Made by a program: the position numbers and the translations under genes
Source: Laetmonice hystrix
Taxonomy: Eukaryota
Length of the DNA: 64,000 nt
Assembly (NCBI GenBank): GCA_965235115.1
Contig: OZ249443.1
Location: 4,650,001 to 4,714,000, forward strand
Direction: 5' to 3'
The notes under the pieces: generated by a model
What the model was told of the DNA's origin: nothing
The model's input: only the letters and a program-made list of their open reading frames with translations
Database searches by the model: none
In this document: positions 50,801 to 62,425 of the stretch, one piece after another
Layout: every line of letters starts with the position of its first letter
How positions within the stretch are numbered: the first letter of the stretch is position 1

Positions 50801-53800
50801 GAATTATTAAACATTCCCCCATTTTTTCACTGTACACAAATGTATTTATTCTGTGTACTCAGGACCAAGTAACTCAACCTGCATACAAACAAAATAAAGA
50901 AACTGTAATTCTTGTGTCTTTCTACAAACCCCTGTCAGATACATGTTTGATATATTTATTAAAAAAGTGCTAATCATGTAACATCCCTAACTCACTGCAA
51001 GATTAACAACCCAGGAATTATTAAACATTCCCACATTTATTCACTGTATTTATTCTGCATACTCAGGACCAAGTAGAGTAAAAACACCGGCTTGCTGACC
51101 TCGTCAGGGTGACTGTAATCGGCAGGGTTATGATATCGAATCCAGTGGAGCCCAGCGGGGTAATCCTCGGTCCGACACTGTTCCAGGGTAGTGGGGCGTG
51201 AACTATTCTTACCCCACCAACCATCCATGTGAGACGGAGTGCCCTCTGCCGGGTTACAAATACCCTTGGGTACTGTAAAAAAACGTCACAAAGAACCTTT
51301 AGCCAAGGTTAGGTCAACCATAAAAAAAATTCACTCTCGCTATGATTTGTCATATACTTTTACTCATTTAGTAAAATTTCCAGGAGTGAACTATGTAAAT
51401 CGGTAACTATTCGGCTCTTGAAGATTTCCATGACATGAAAAACCTTGTCCCGGATCGTTGGAGAAACTAATTCAATGAGAATCGATCTTTGTTCTGTACC
51501 CGTTCTCTACATGCTGCATAATAACCAACACAACAAATCAAAATGATTAAATATCAACAGCTTGACCATTTCTCAGTTCATATTTTCTTAGTAAACCAAA
51601 GATATGACTCTTCAAATGAAAATATTTAGTCTTACCTTCAAGTTTCTGACAAGCCGCTTCCTTGACACACCATGCACATTTCTCATTATGCCACAAGGTG
51701 GCAGTAGCGGACGGCTCGATGTGTGCCCCCTGTCCCTGAACCATACATGAAGCGCAGTCGTGTAGCGAGTCACATATTCCTGGACAGCTGCCAAGGCCCA
51801 CCTCTTTCTCACACGTCTGTAAACATGTATTCAAAGTATGTCTGAACATGAACTCTATGTACCAAGTACTTTTACAGTCCTTTGCTATTTCTAAAAACAA
51901 CAAAGTCTTACGGCATGGTATTTCACGGTAACATGAGAGGTAACCTACATGAGCGTGTCTTCGGTGCACGCAGCCTGCCTTGACTGACTCCTCCTGTGTG
52001 TCCATGCACCAAACACACTCTGGATCAACTTTACAATTGTCGTAATCTCCGTGAGCCTTGCAGTGGTCTGCATCGTCAGCAAAACGACTGTCATTCTGCC
52101 AACAGAATGGATTACAATATTACTGGTATAAACTCTAATATGCTTGTAATCTAAGCTGTGATATCAAACTGCAACTTTACCTACTTTTTAAATCTTACCC
52201 AATTAACACTTCTGACTTTCTTACTCACCCAATTCTTGGCAATACCTAGTGGCACAGTGTAGGCAATAAGGTCACCGAGTACACTTCCGCAGTATCCCCC
52301 AGCAATGAGCAGAGTGTTCCCGTAGGCAGCCAGCGCAACATGCGAGAACCGTCCTCTACGGATGACATTCTTCTGTCTCGCTAATTAATAAAAGACAAAT
52401 GATGAAACATAAAAATAGCTGAATGATGCAAATTTCTACAATTTACCTTTTCCTTTTTCTCACTGACATTGTCATCCTAATGACCAGATTATTGTTTAAT
52501 ATGGCAGAGTTCCCAATGCCTGATTCTGTCCCAGGTTAAACAAGATCATCTCTCATTCAAAGAAACCAACCGGACAGATGGTCCAATAAATTATTCATGT
52601 AGAACACAATATTATTTCCATCAGCATCAATACACAAACCCACTGAACAGATGTAAACAGGAGGTAACATCAGCAGTGTATCCATGTTCACATGTTAACA
52701 TCCAACTTTTATAGATCTCTGAGATGAATTAAACATGATTTTCTATGGGGCAGCACTAATTATTTACAAATCTGACAGCAGGAAGTAGACTTTGGGCGCG
52801 TCCTCTCTCTTATAACTTATAAAACGACCAGGAAGGTTTGATCTTGTGCCATTTACCTGATTGCTGATCAATACAGTTCAATGACACCGACAGGAAGCAT
52901 CAGGCAAATCATACTGCGGCCTATTTATAATATGGTACCAAGTCTCCATTATGTCACTAATGTAATAACTTTTGTTCACAATCCCTGGCCTTTGATAAAA
53001 CGTTCACCTGTGATTGTTAGTGTATTCTATATCAACATGCATGAACCTGACCAACTGTATAGAAAACACACTACTGCTGAAATATAACCAATACTTCCGT
53101 AATTAAGATCTAGTCCCAGTATAATAACTTACAAGGCACCGGGAAAGCATTCTCCATTTTGGTGTGATCGACCCAGCGATGGCAGCCAAGGTGGTAGAAA
53201 TGTATCTCATCGTCGTAACAGATTTCTTCTTCGTGGTGAATATGGCAGTTTCCGCCGTATATAATCATGTAGTTATCCAGGATGGTAGCTGAGTGAAAGG
53301 CGCGAGGTTTGGGCTGGTCTTCCTCACTGATGGCCTCATGGTAGATCTGTGACCAGTAGTTGTAGTTGATGTGGAAGGAATGTAGATAATTTGTTCGCTT
53401 TGGGAACCGTGCGTAGTCTGGTGAGAACCCACCAAATACTAGGATGGATTTGGATTCCTTGTGGTAGACTGCAGAATGTCCAACCAGTCTGCGGTCAGCT
53501 AGTTTACCACCGCGTGATTTGACCACTTCCCACTGGCCAGCTTCTGGAAGATGGATTCTGTGAATGTCCGAGAGAAACTGACCGTCTTTTGTAGACCCAC
53601 CAAATAAATATAACCACTCATCCTCTACTAAGGTAAGAGTATGACTTGAGACTGCTGGAGGTTTGACCAGACTATTGGAAGCCTCAAGGGTCCATTGGTT
53701 AGCACCGACATCATAAAACCATAGTTCTCTGCTCATATTGCCATTCGCCAGTAATCCACCGTACATATAAAAACCACTTCCAAAGGCTGTGATGGCATGG

Positions 53801-56800
53801 TGGTATCGCCCTAGTGGCCACGGCGAAGTTTTTGACACTGTTCTCCACTCATTGATATTGAGGTCATACAGTACAAGCTCATCGAGTACATCGTTTAGGG
53901 TGTTACCTCCAAAAATATACAGACTGTTGAGATTGTTTGTGAACATGCCGGCATGACCTGTTCTTGGAGTGAACCCCATACCTGCTGGCATCACCTCATA
54001 CCACATGCTCTGACCCAGACTGCTGTTTGTCGACAGACGACAGTCGTATCCCGTGTAACCTTGCTCACAGATACATTTCTCCCGAGCAAGGTCGCACGAG
54101 CCGTAAGGATGGTTACAGCTGTCGAGACAGATGGCGACACCACAATCCTCTCCTGTGTAGTACGAGTCACACTGGCACAGGTGAGTGAATGTGTCACACA
54201 CACCGTGACCACTACAGTTGAAAGGACAGTCAGTAACGCTGTACTTGGCATCAAATCCCTCTAATACATAGTTTCTGTCACTATAGAAATAAATGAGCAT
54301 CTGCAAAAAAAAAACAAGACATTGTTTTAAAAACTGCATGACACACTGACTTCTGTTCTTTCTCATCTCTTTATACAGTGGTAAGGACTGCCAACAGACT
54401 ATCAGTTGTAGTTTTCGGTTGAGGAGGTTTAGATTTTACCTTAATTGCCTTGAAAGTCAAGTCTAGGTCAAATAAATAATGTAGGTCTCTTTTTCAATCT
54501 TCATGATTGGTGTCAGAACTTGTTATGCCTGATTTCAGTGACTAGATATACTCACATATCCTGACTTGGCTAGAACCGGGTTGGGTTTGCTGCTTCCACT
54601 AAAACTCCCCAGTAGCGGACTGCTGAAGGAATTACCATCGTAGATAAAGAGGTAGTCATAGGAACACTCGGTCTTCATGGCTCCAAATGTCAACATGATG
54701 AACTTGTCCCAACTGCCAGCTGGAAATTATTCATGGTAAATATCAACACTGTGAACATTTCCAAATTCTTAAATAAAATAGATAAGGTGCACATTCCACC
54801 ATGTCGAATCTGACCCTATAGATTTATCATACATTTCCTCACGCAAAAAAAAAAAAAAATTTCAAGCATACTGATCACTTAGAAGGTTGAATATGACTTT
54901 TACATGATGATAAATATAGAACTCAAAATGCTGAATGTTGTCAGTTTTCTAACTTGTTTCTTTTTGTCAGGGATGGGCCGAAACGAAAGGTCATTCGTTA
55001 TGACACTGTAAATTCCGCAGGCATATTACAACCATTATCATTTGGAAGTCTTTTATATTAGTACAAAACATTTAATAACAAACAACCTTTTGTTATAATA
55101 ATACTCTCATGGTTTTCTTCCCTATTTCCTCTTTATTCAACGTGTTCAATGTTCAAAACTGAACTAGATATCAGTCAGTAATATTAATGCGTGTCAGTTT
55201 TTAAAAGTCTAAATCAAGCCTACTTTCCCATCTTCATCATGTTAAAAAAAATGGTACTTGGATTTCCGTGCACAGTACTTAATTTATTGCTGGTCAGCAG
55301 CATGATGAATGATGTTTTGCAGGAGTTCACTCCATGTAGATCCGTATTTGTTCCTGATCAAATATTCCTTGGACTCTGTTTCAATATCCCATTCCACATG
55401 ATTATGGCGTTCAGGCACGGAAGGGTTTCACTTGCACAGAAAATACTGTTGCAGTTAAACATTAACAATTCTATCTTCTTTATGCCAGTGTCTGGTAACC
55501 ATGGCAACTCAATTACTGGCTACGTTCAACACTAAAACTAAAATAAATCTGGTTCAAAAGCTCAAAAGCTGAAGATGATTACGTCCTCGAGAAGCAATCA
55601 TTTTTCTTAATCACCAAAATCATCGTAAACAAAGAGGTGAATTATTATGTATTTTGTACTTCTGCAAATTGCCGGTTTAGCAATTGCAATCAGAATACAG
55701 GTTGATGAAAAGATGACGCTGCTGAATGTGGAATAGATGAACAGGCGCTGTGGAAGTTCATTAGCAGCTGTCCGCTGTTATTGGCTCGGCGGTGCCAATG
55801 ATCAAAGGAGACCTACAGACTGACAAGCCTCGCTGTCCATGTTATACTTTGATGTGTGCCACCCTAGGAAATCCACAGACCCACTCATGACATTTTGCTG
55901 CTGAATCATTTCCTTGTTATCTTAAAAACCTTTCCAGGAGACAGCCTTTTCCATTTCATGTGAAAAAAGGTAAAACAAATAAAAAAAGCTGCTGCCTGAT
56001 TAATGATGCTGTGAAGCTGGCTGTACTGCCTGTGGACATTTTACTGCGACTAACTTGCCACTCAGTACTCTCAGATGAAATCTGAAATCCGCGTGTTGAA
56101 GTAGAGGAGCTCCACCATATTGTTGACTGAATTCACTGAATCCTGCTACGAAAAAACAGTTTCGAGCTCTGAATTGGTTGGCTGAGCTTAGCAATAGCTC
56201 AAAATGTTTACTTCTGGTTAGACCAGGATATATCACTCTATGAACCTTTAAAATTCCTGCCTACTTCAGTGGAATTATCACAATAAATAGGTTTAGGGCA
56301 AGGGTAAATCCAGTGCAAACCTGGCTATTTGGGCTATGCCAAGCACAACTAATCATATCTTTACTTCAGCATTATGATTCTGATTTTTATCTCACAAGTG
56401 CTATGGATTACCGGTAGTTCAACCCCTTTGCTAGGGTCTGAACGGGATTTGGGTTTTGAAGATGGTCAGGTGTGATAAGCATTTGAAATCTTCCAAACTG
56501 GCCGTCCAAAGTCATCAAGGTCACCAGGTCAAGGTCAAGGTCACCAGGTCAAGGTCAAGGTCAGCAGGTAGACATTAGAATTACCTATCAGCAGCTTTGT
56601 GACATTAAGCTGACACAATTTTGGTCCCCCCCCCCCCCCCCCCCCTCTGGCCATTTCAGGTCCCAACTCTGGCCAAGATCATATTGAATAGTCTGAAGAA
56701 CTAGCAAATTACCATAGAATAGGTAACCCTGACACACTCTAACCCTGACACACTCTAACCCTGACACACGACACACTCTAACCCTGACACACTCTAACCC

Positions 56801-57988
56801 TGACACACTCTAACCCTGACACACTCTAACCCTGACACACTCAAACCCTGACACACTCTAACCCTGACACACTCAAACCCTGACACACCCTAAATCACCT
56901 CATCTAAACATCTCTCCAGATAATAAACCTGAGATTATGTTAGACTTGGCCACAACCCTTAAATGAATCAAATGGCACCAGCAAAATCTATGATAATAAC
57001 TCATAATAATCAATACGATCAAGTCCCTGTAATTACGACACAAACAACACAAATTCATGTACAAAAAATGTGCCGAATGATTCCATCATTGAAATGGAAG
57101 TCATATAATTTCTGTTTCAAGTACTACATTATTCAAGGTACAGCCTCTTTTGTTTCTGAAAGAAGCAACTTGGAATCTGAGACATACCAAATAAAACAAC
57201 GGAGAGAGAGCGCACATCTTGCCCCCCCCTTTGATCTGTCACTAATTTGCACACAGACATAAAACTTGGAAAACCCACAGGGTACCGTTGAACTTTCCTG
57301 ATGCAGGGCTCTCAAAGTTGGCAGGAGTAGCAGGGTACAGAAGAGAAAGTAGCAAGGTATAGCCCTGGGGACGTCCAGGGGCCCTCCCCCAGAAAAAATG
57401 TCTCCCCGAGATACAATTCCTTGGCATCTGAGAGGGACAATTGGGGGGTCTGGGGGCCCTCCCCTGGAAAAAATTTGAAAACTGCCCCCCTGAGATGCAA
57501 TTTCCTGTCATCTGAGAGGGGCAATTGATCATCACTAACATCGTATCACACCATGTGCAGATCTTACGTGCAAGAAAGAGAAAAAAGATCATTGTTACAA
57601 AGATTTTTTGTCATTCGACTAAAAGTAGGCAGCGGCAACACTGGTTCTAGAAGGCATTTTGCCGCCGCTGACCGGCTACTTTTGAGAGTCCTGCTGATAT
57701 GAGTACCCATTGGCAGAAGTTTTGATTTTTCATCAACAACTTATGACCACCCTATTTTAAAATAATGACTTGAGAAATGTGCTTACCTTCTATGAGCCAT
57801 TCACAGTGTGCCGACGGAGGATAGTCTGTAGGCCCGTCTGTTATCACGCCAGACGTCGCATTCATGACGACACGCCCACTGCACCCACCGACACCATGAG
57901 GCAGCCAGGTAACGAGTAATATCCCGACATAGTATCTCAACATTGTTCCCTGATACCACTGCTGGCCTGGCCACAATGCCAAACCCAT
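35873..57988 (-). CDS. MEGF8: Multiple EGF-like domains protein 8 (CUB, EGF, kelch, PSI, laminin-EGF, TM, cytoplasmic tail), about 33 coding exons
   Basis: ATG at 57988 with signal peptide and CUB1 (exons 57787-57988, 54556-54719); large EGF+kelch exon 53133-54300; PSI/EGF exons 46000-52380; second CUB near 45720-46100; second kelch block 41742-44780; laminin-EGF exons 37150-39570. The last exon (35873-36853) carries the TM segment (LFVFFSVFFSCFFLFLAKCVVLW) and the conserved MASRPF motif. Confidence 0.97.
40627..40763 (-). repeat. 77-bp direct duplication that copies a MEGF8 5' splice site
   Basis: tcaaacgatcca|gtaagtaatcgatac occurs at the true donor (GT 40750-51) and again at 40673-74. Confidence 0.9.
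41227..41676. repeat. 90-bp tandem array (5 copies) in a MEGF8 intron, abutting the polypyrimidine tract
   Basis: aaaatcagtatctctcacaaa occurs at 41227, 41317, 41407, 41497 and 41587. Confidence 0.96.
42428..43080 (-). repeat. 26-bp minisatellite (about 25 copies), almost every unit containing a MEGF8-type donor AACAGG|GTAAGG
   Basis: Plus-strand unit gtttgat(t/c/g)ggatggtggccttaccct, period 26; true donor GT at 43072-73. Confidence 0.96.
44748..45196 (-). repeat. ~75-bp tandem array (6 copies) spanning a MEGF8 intron/exon acceptor junction
   Basis: Minus strand gtgctgtgtttcag|gagctgggcca(a/g)tgtgtatgtagtgtgggttt. Plus-strand ctcctgaaac occurs at 44778, 44851, 44926, 45001 and 45076, with a variant near 45149. 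Confidence 0.95.
49803..51075 (-). repeat. 214-bp tandem array (6 copies) filling almost an entire MEGF8 intron and copying its acceptor
   Basis: ctcaacctgcatac occurs at 49803, 50017, 50231, 50445, 50659 and 50873; the intron is 49809-51099. Confidence 0.96.
56727..56890. repeat. 16-bp minisatellite (about 10 copies) in a MEGF8 intron
   Basis: Unit cctgacacactctaac. Confidence 0.93.
57304..57693. mobile_element. hAT-like non-autonomous element with a near-perfect 6-bp TSD
   Basis: CTGATG|cagggctctcaaag ... cttttgagagtcctg|CTGATA; internal duplicated gggccctccccc(a/t)gaaaaa and ggcatctgagaggg motifs. Confidence 0.72.
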
Positions 57989-58992
57989 ACTTGGGGGTAT
58001 CCACGATCACATTGGTTCAATCACCTGTAAATAAGAAAACTACACTGAACATAGATCTTGGTTTTTTATGGAATTATAGTGCCACCCCAAATTCCTCAAT
58101 GACTTATCTTTGAACCCCAGTGACACCATGGTAAAATTTCAGGTTTGAGTTATCAGTGAAAGTAAGAAGCAAGCTCTATACCCAAGGAATCGAGAAAGTT
58201 AGATGGACCGGAACCGGACCATGGAGAATGCGCCTCTCATCAGGAGCCGGAAAATCATAGTAATCTGACTGGCTTAAGTCCCGTCAGCAAGCAGTTGACC
58301 TGTTGGTGTCCTGCCGCGCTATAGAGTCTAGCCGCGCACTGAACAAGGCTTCTTTAACTGCCATAAATCCAGCTAGTTTGGCCGCTTAAATTGCACAGCA
58401 TCGAAATTCAAATTTCACGAACGTATTGGGATCTACAAATTGCCTCCTTATCTGCCACTTCTATAACACATTCCAAGCTTTTAGTGACTTTTCCATTTGA
58501 TCTCACCTACAATTCATGTGAAATCATCTGTAAGAAAAATTAATAGCCAATCAATGTCATTTACAGCTGCTTGATCGAAGCAAAAACTGACAGGGGAGAA
58601 AAGGGTTATTATATTACGTGAGATTCCATCCTGACCTGATATTTTGGATAGTTTACCGAGAACCCTACAGATATACACACGACTCTGCAGCCAACCTCCC
58701 AGAGATTTCAGACCGTGGAGAAAACAGACCGCGACACCGGCGATGGATCAAGGTAAATAGTGTGCGTTAAATGCTTGCCAGCAAGACTACGAAGGAAACA
58801 TTTCTAAGACTAAAGCTAGGCATCCATAGATCTGTATATGCGCAATTAAAAGGTCACAATGGATTTCAATTGACATGCATCCATAGATCCGTAGTGTGTA
58901 TGCGTGAAGCGCAAGGTTTTACGCACTACGCAAGCAATTACCGGTACCTCCTGACCCTTTTGTTTACGCATACGCAGGGGAAATTCCATATA

Positions 58993-59167
58993 CAGTCAGA
59001 CCTCGTTTATCCGAACAGCTTGGTGCCCACTAAAATGTGTTCGGATTGTGAAACATACGGATTACTGAATCATTTTAAATAGAAAATGGTAGAAGAGGTT
59101 GCCAGAAAGGGTGTTCGGATTGTGAGGTATACGGATTACAGAAGCACGGATTAACGAGGTCTGACTG
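58993..59167. mobile_element. pogo/Tigger-like MITE (TA TSD)
   Basis: TA|cagtcagacctcgtt ... aacgaggtctgactg|TA; repeated ttcggatt/tacggatt subterminal motifs. Confidence 0.9.
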
Positions 59168-59349
59168 TATATAACGTAAGAAACGTTGTGTTTTCCCGAG
59201 AGTTATTAGGCCTACTAATATTCGGGCTGCCCCCCCCCCCCGTCCCATCTATGGGCCGCATGCTAAGGTTAGGCCTAGTCAGCCTCGCACCCCTCTCAAA
59301 AAAGTTTCCATTTTCGTTCTTCAACTGATTCATATAGGCCTATATTAGG

Positions 59350-60039
59350 CAGGGCTCGAAAATTCCGCTCGCCTTATCGCCAAATGCGAATGAAAAGTTT
59401 GCTTTGGCGAGAACAAAATTCCAGCAGGTAGACATTTGGCGAATAAAACTTCATAAATTTCATATAAAAAATCGCCACTCTTTTACCACCATCCCCACGA
59501 ACTCGATACATTGCCAGTAGTTTCTGGTTCTCGTCTTTGTTCTCAGACTTAACGCCTTAACCATCCCCCATCCCTAAACTTCAAATTTCATGGGAATGTT
59601 ACTACGGGGAATAATCACGTATGGAAAGTCTATAGGGCCTATACCACGTGGCTAAAGGGCGGGAAACGTTAGTGTGCAAGCAACTCACTAGGTGGCAGCA
59701 TGGCAGCACAGCTCCTGAATGCTCTGACTGCGCCTTATCGTAGAGTAAGCCTTATTTATGGATTTGGTCCTGGATTTGGGGGGTGCACCTAATAACAAGG
59801 TGCGCCTTTAAAGACGGAAATTACGGTAGTGTCATTACGCCTACGCATTTAAAGGCAAATTAGATCCTCTAGAGGCTAACACTAACAGGTGTAAAAAATT
59901 CATCAAAGAAGGGAATTCTGAATGGAACATGAAGGCTTGCTGAAAGCTTCCCAGAATTTAGTTGCCAAGTTGTGGCGAGTGAATTATAAGGTTTACTCGC
60001 CAAACGACTACTAAACTTTGAAGGAATTTTCGAGCCCTG
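59350..60039. mobile_element. hAT-like non-autonomous element with a 6-bp TSD
   Basis: ATTAGG|cagggctcgaaaattcc ... ggaattttcgagccctg|ATTAGG; subterminal tggcga/tcgcca repeats. Confidence 0.87.
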
Positions 60040-60573
60040 ATTAGGCCTACCTTTTGTTCTTGGAAACTTTAAAATTATGATAATTTGGTATAGAAAATTT
60101 ATACGCATACGTACCACTACCACTATTTTTTTGCGCATCTATGGATGCTAAAAATACGGTTACCGAAATACGCACTACGGACACACCTGCGTGGATCTCA
60201 ACTTTACGCATACAGTATACGGACCTATGGATGCCTAGCTTAAGTCCACAACTCAACTGTAAGAAGTGTGCTAGCTACAGTGCTAGCAGTAGCACACTCA
60301 CTGGTGGACTGGAAGTGTAACGTTAGAGGTGGTTACCTGTCCAGTCTGGAACTTAAGGCTACATGTTTCAGTTAGAACAACGCCTACGTTTCTTTTTTCA
60401 CCTTGATTCTATTTGGTCATATTTGGTTGTATCGGGCACTGAATAACTTCACAATGTTGAACTGAATTTTTTTGTGTAGCTCTAACCCTGGGCCTGGCTG
60501 TACGAACGAATTCATCGATGGCAGGCTGGCCCTGGGGCTTCGGACAATAACGTCAAACGTTCTCAAAACTCAC

Positions 60574-60961
60574 CTTGTCTACATTCCGACACCTAGTAAT
60601 ATTGACTAGCACTGTTTCTCTTCTTTACATTCGTAGGTTCTTATTCCCTCCGGACGCTTCATTCTAGGCGCACTTGTCTATATCAGTTTTATAGCTCGAT
60701 GACAATCAAAGCAAAATTATTGAGTAAAATTAGAGTAGGCCTGATCGGAAATAGCTCCGGACAATAAATTCTACTCTCTCCTTATTGGTAAATATAAATT
60801 TTGCTCACCCGATTGACAAATTTATTAAATGGTTAAATGATAACAAATATATTTTTACAACAACATTATATTTGTTTTTACTTCACGAATGAATGATCTA
60901 GGTCGTGTAAATTTTTTTCCTGTTACGACTATCCCGCACTGAAATACGTATTTCCGGCAAC
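60574..60961. promoter_or_regulatory. Putative bidirectional promoter region shared by MEGF8 (non-coding first exon) and SELENOF
   Basis: Minus-strand donor GACAAG|gtgagt at 60573, with a downstream acceptor at about 58025 just before the MEGF8 ATG exon. The SELENOF ATG is at 60962 on the plus strand. CCAAT-type attgg near 60784 and ETS-like ttccgg near 60952. Confidence 0.55.
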
Positions 60962-62425
60962 ATGGCCGATCCGTTGGGTCTTGTTGCCTTTATCTTGCTG
61001 TTCTTGGTAAGTTTTTTTGGTTTAATATGCAGGAATTGAGCTGTTTAATATATGAGATATGGCTAGTGGAGTTCACCAATTGTTTCTGAGCTCGGAAGTT
61101 CACAGTATATAATAATTTAATTGGATTTAGCCTTTACGAATGTGCCGGTCCATTCGCTTCTCGTAGACCGAGACCGAGCCATTCGTTTGCGCCGGACACT
61201 GCTGCCCACGCCCACGGCCACAACGCTGGCTAAGCCTCCGCATGACGTGCATGACGTGGCAGTGTCGAAACACGGCCAGGAATCTAACCTCGATGCAAAG
61301 CCTAAGAGAGTTTTCTTATGAAAACACTGAAACTTGGCTTCACATATTAGACCATTTGTGATTTGGCAAATCGTAGAACGTTTTGTTTTTGCCAGTGTTG
61401 ACTGGTGGGCAGAATAGTTGTTTGATTAGCCACAAGGTGGCTCTGTATTTTGAGTGCAAGCATGACGGAAGGGCGCCCCCTGTTGAGAATCTATTGTGAG
61501 TACTGTAACCACAGAGTCTAGAGACCTGCAAGCAATGCAATGGCCAATGCTGGGATATAAAAAAAAGTCAAGGTAAAAAGCTGCATGATTATATTGTTGG
61601 GAAAATGTTGGATTTCATTCATCTCATTTTTTTTATTACAGGTAACAGTAGGATGGGGAGAGCTCCTGAGTCCGACTCTGTGTCGAGATCTTGGATTCTC
61701 CACGAACCTTTTATGTAGTTCATGTAAGGACCTTGACAAGTTCAACTTGAGCAAGTTGAGCGAAGGATGCAGTTCGTGTTGTCAAGAGGATCGCGATGGG
61801 GCCAATGGGGATAAAATGGTGTGTAATCAAATTACGATACAAAACAGATCTCAGATGGTTAAACTGTAATTTATAATAACATTTACATGATTAACAGGTC
61901 TTCTATAGTGTGCTTAGAAAAATATAAAGATTAAGGGTAAATTAATTGTAAACCACACATAACATGTAACTTGTTTTCTTACTTTTTCAGGTGTACCCAT
62001 ATGCTGAGCTTGTAGTGTGTCAATGAAAATTGGGGCGCTATCCACAAGTCCAAGGTACAATTATGTATTATTGGAAAAAAATATTCTGTAATGTAAATAA
62101 AAATATAGAACATAGATTGGATATATGATAATCTTTGTAAGATAGTTAAAAATAAAGTGTTGATCTAATGATCTTAAAATAGTAGTATCAGCATTGTAAA
62201 CAGGATTGCCTATTATGCTTTTAGCATGTTTTTTACATTCTTTTTTTAGCCTTTGTCAAGAGTGATAGGTTGGCCCAGTTCCCAGGACTGACCGTCCGCT
62301 ACCAGCGTGGTGCAGACCCAGTTATCAAACTGTTGGACAGCCAGCGTAAAGTGGTGGAAACACTTGCCATTGACAAATGGAACACAGACTCTGTGGAGGA
62401 GTTCTTCAATGAACGTCTGCGCTAA
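60962..62425 (+). CDS. SELENOF: Selenoprotein F (Sep15), 4 exons, in-frame UGA at 62024-62026 read as Sec
   Basis: Exons 60962-61006 (MADPLGLVAFILLFL), 61642-61818 (six-Cys UGGT-binding region CRDLGFSTNLLCSSC...CSSCCQED), 61991-62054 (VYPYAELVVCQ-U-KLGRYPQVQ) and 62250-62425 (AFVKSDR...GADPVIKLLD...DKWNTDSVEEFFNERLR*). All GT-AG and in phase. Confidence 0.97.

Larger units (their letters stand above)
58814..60240. mobile_element. PIF/Harbinger-type non-autonomous element (TAA TSD) carrying two nested insertions
   Basis: TAA|agctaggcatccatag ... ctatggatgcctagct|TAA; subterminal gcatccatagat and tacgca motifs in inverted orientation. Confidence 0.85.

Noticed and set aside
49803-51099. New intron created by duplication of an exonic AGGT segment
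   Set aside because: The duplicated unit is almost entirely intronic, and a separate true donor exists at 51098-99. This is expansion of an existing intron, not intron gain.
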